64,000 nt of DNA, from contig NC_086108.1 in assembly GCF_963921235.1 (NCBI RefSeq), positions 56,298,001 through 56,362,000 on the forward strand, in the 5' to 3' direction. Within the stretch, counting starts at the first letter, position 1; each line of letters starts with the position of its first letter. A program made the position numbers and the translations under genes. Below, one piece after another: positions 63,291 through 64,000 of this stretch. The stretch comes from Mobula hypostoma (taxonomy: Eukaryota). Under the pieces are notes generated by a model. That model was not told the origin of the DNA. It did not search any database and saw only the letters and a list, made by a program, of their open reading frames with translations.

Positions 63291-64000
63291 CTCACTCACC
63301 CAACCTATCCAAGTCACCCTGCATCCTCTTAGCATCCTCCTCACAGCTAACACTGCCGCCCAGCTTCGTGTCATCCGCAAACTTGGAGAAGCTGCATTTA
63401 ATTCCCTCATCTAAGTCATTAATAGATATTGTAAATAACTGGGGTCCCAGCACTGAGCCTTGCGGTACCCCACTAGTCACTGCCTGCCATTCTGAAAAGG
63501 TCCCGTTTATTCCCACTCTTTGCTTCCTGTCTGCCAACCAATTCTCTATCCACATCAATACCATACCCCCAATACCGTATGCTTTAAGTTTGCACACTAA
63601 TCTCCTGTGTGGGACCTTGTCAAAAGCCTTTTGAAAATCCAAATATACCACATCCACTGGTTCTCCCCTATCCACTCTACTAGTTACATCCTCAAAAAAT
63701 TCTGTGAGATTTGTCAGACATGATTTTCCTTTCACAAATCCATGCTGACTTTGTCCGATGATTTCACCACTTTCCAAATGTGCTGTTATCACATCTTTGA
63801 TAACTGACTCTAGCATTTTCCCCACCACCGATGTTAGGCTAACTGGTCTATAATTCCCCGGTTTCTCTCTCCCTCCTTTTTTAAAAAGTGGGGTTACATT
63901 AGCCACCCTCCAATCCTCAGGAACTAGTCCAGAATCTAAAGAGTTTTGAAAAATTATCACTAATGCATCCACTATTTCTTGGGCTACTTCCTTAAGCACT
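63291..64000 (-). mobile_element. Young CR1 LINE RT region, frame open to the window edge
   Basis: 235-aa ORF with [31 protein letters not shown] and KFADDTKL. Confidence 0.96.

Noticed and set aside
871..63999. Most short ORFs in the six-frame track as genes
   Set aside because: They are TE fragments, antisense frames of TEs or low-complexity chance ORFs.

Overview
Eukaryotic vertebrate DNA, dominated by transposable elements. The repeat families point to a cartilaginous fish, probably a ray or skate (inference). The only host protein-coding sequence I can support is the 3' end of DNAI4/WDR78 (axonemal dynein intermediate chain, WD40) on the minus strand. It has four exons (53236-53138, 51031-50802, 48512-48362, 40276-40169) whose phases join in frame, and an AATAAA at 39829-39824. 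A CpG-rich, promoter-like region at 1-480 has a minus-strand TATA box and an orphan plus-strand first-exon signature. The rest is nested, mostly decayed CR1 LINEs (one with an esterase ORF1), Rex1/Babar LINEs, a Tx1/L1-clade LINE, Penelope-like elements, SINEs, solo LTRs and Tc1/mariner, hAT and Harbinger MITEs. The best hidden signal is a pair of intact minimal (dimer-type) hammerhead ribozymes in the inverted ends of a TSD-flanked Penelope-like insertion at 23976-24994. An isolated hairpin also lies just past the DNAI4 poly(A) signal. I cannot claim a wholly new biological system from sequence alone. TE boundaries are approximate and family names come from motif recognition, not database searches.
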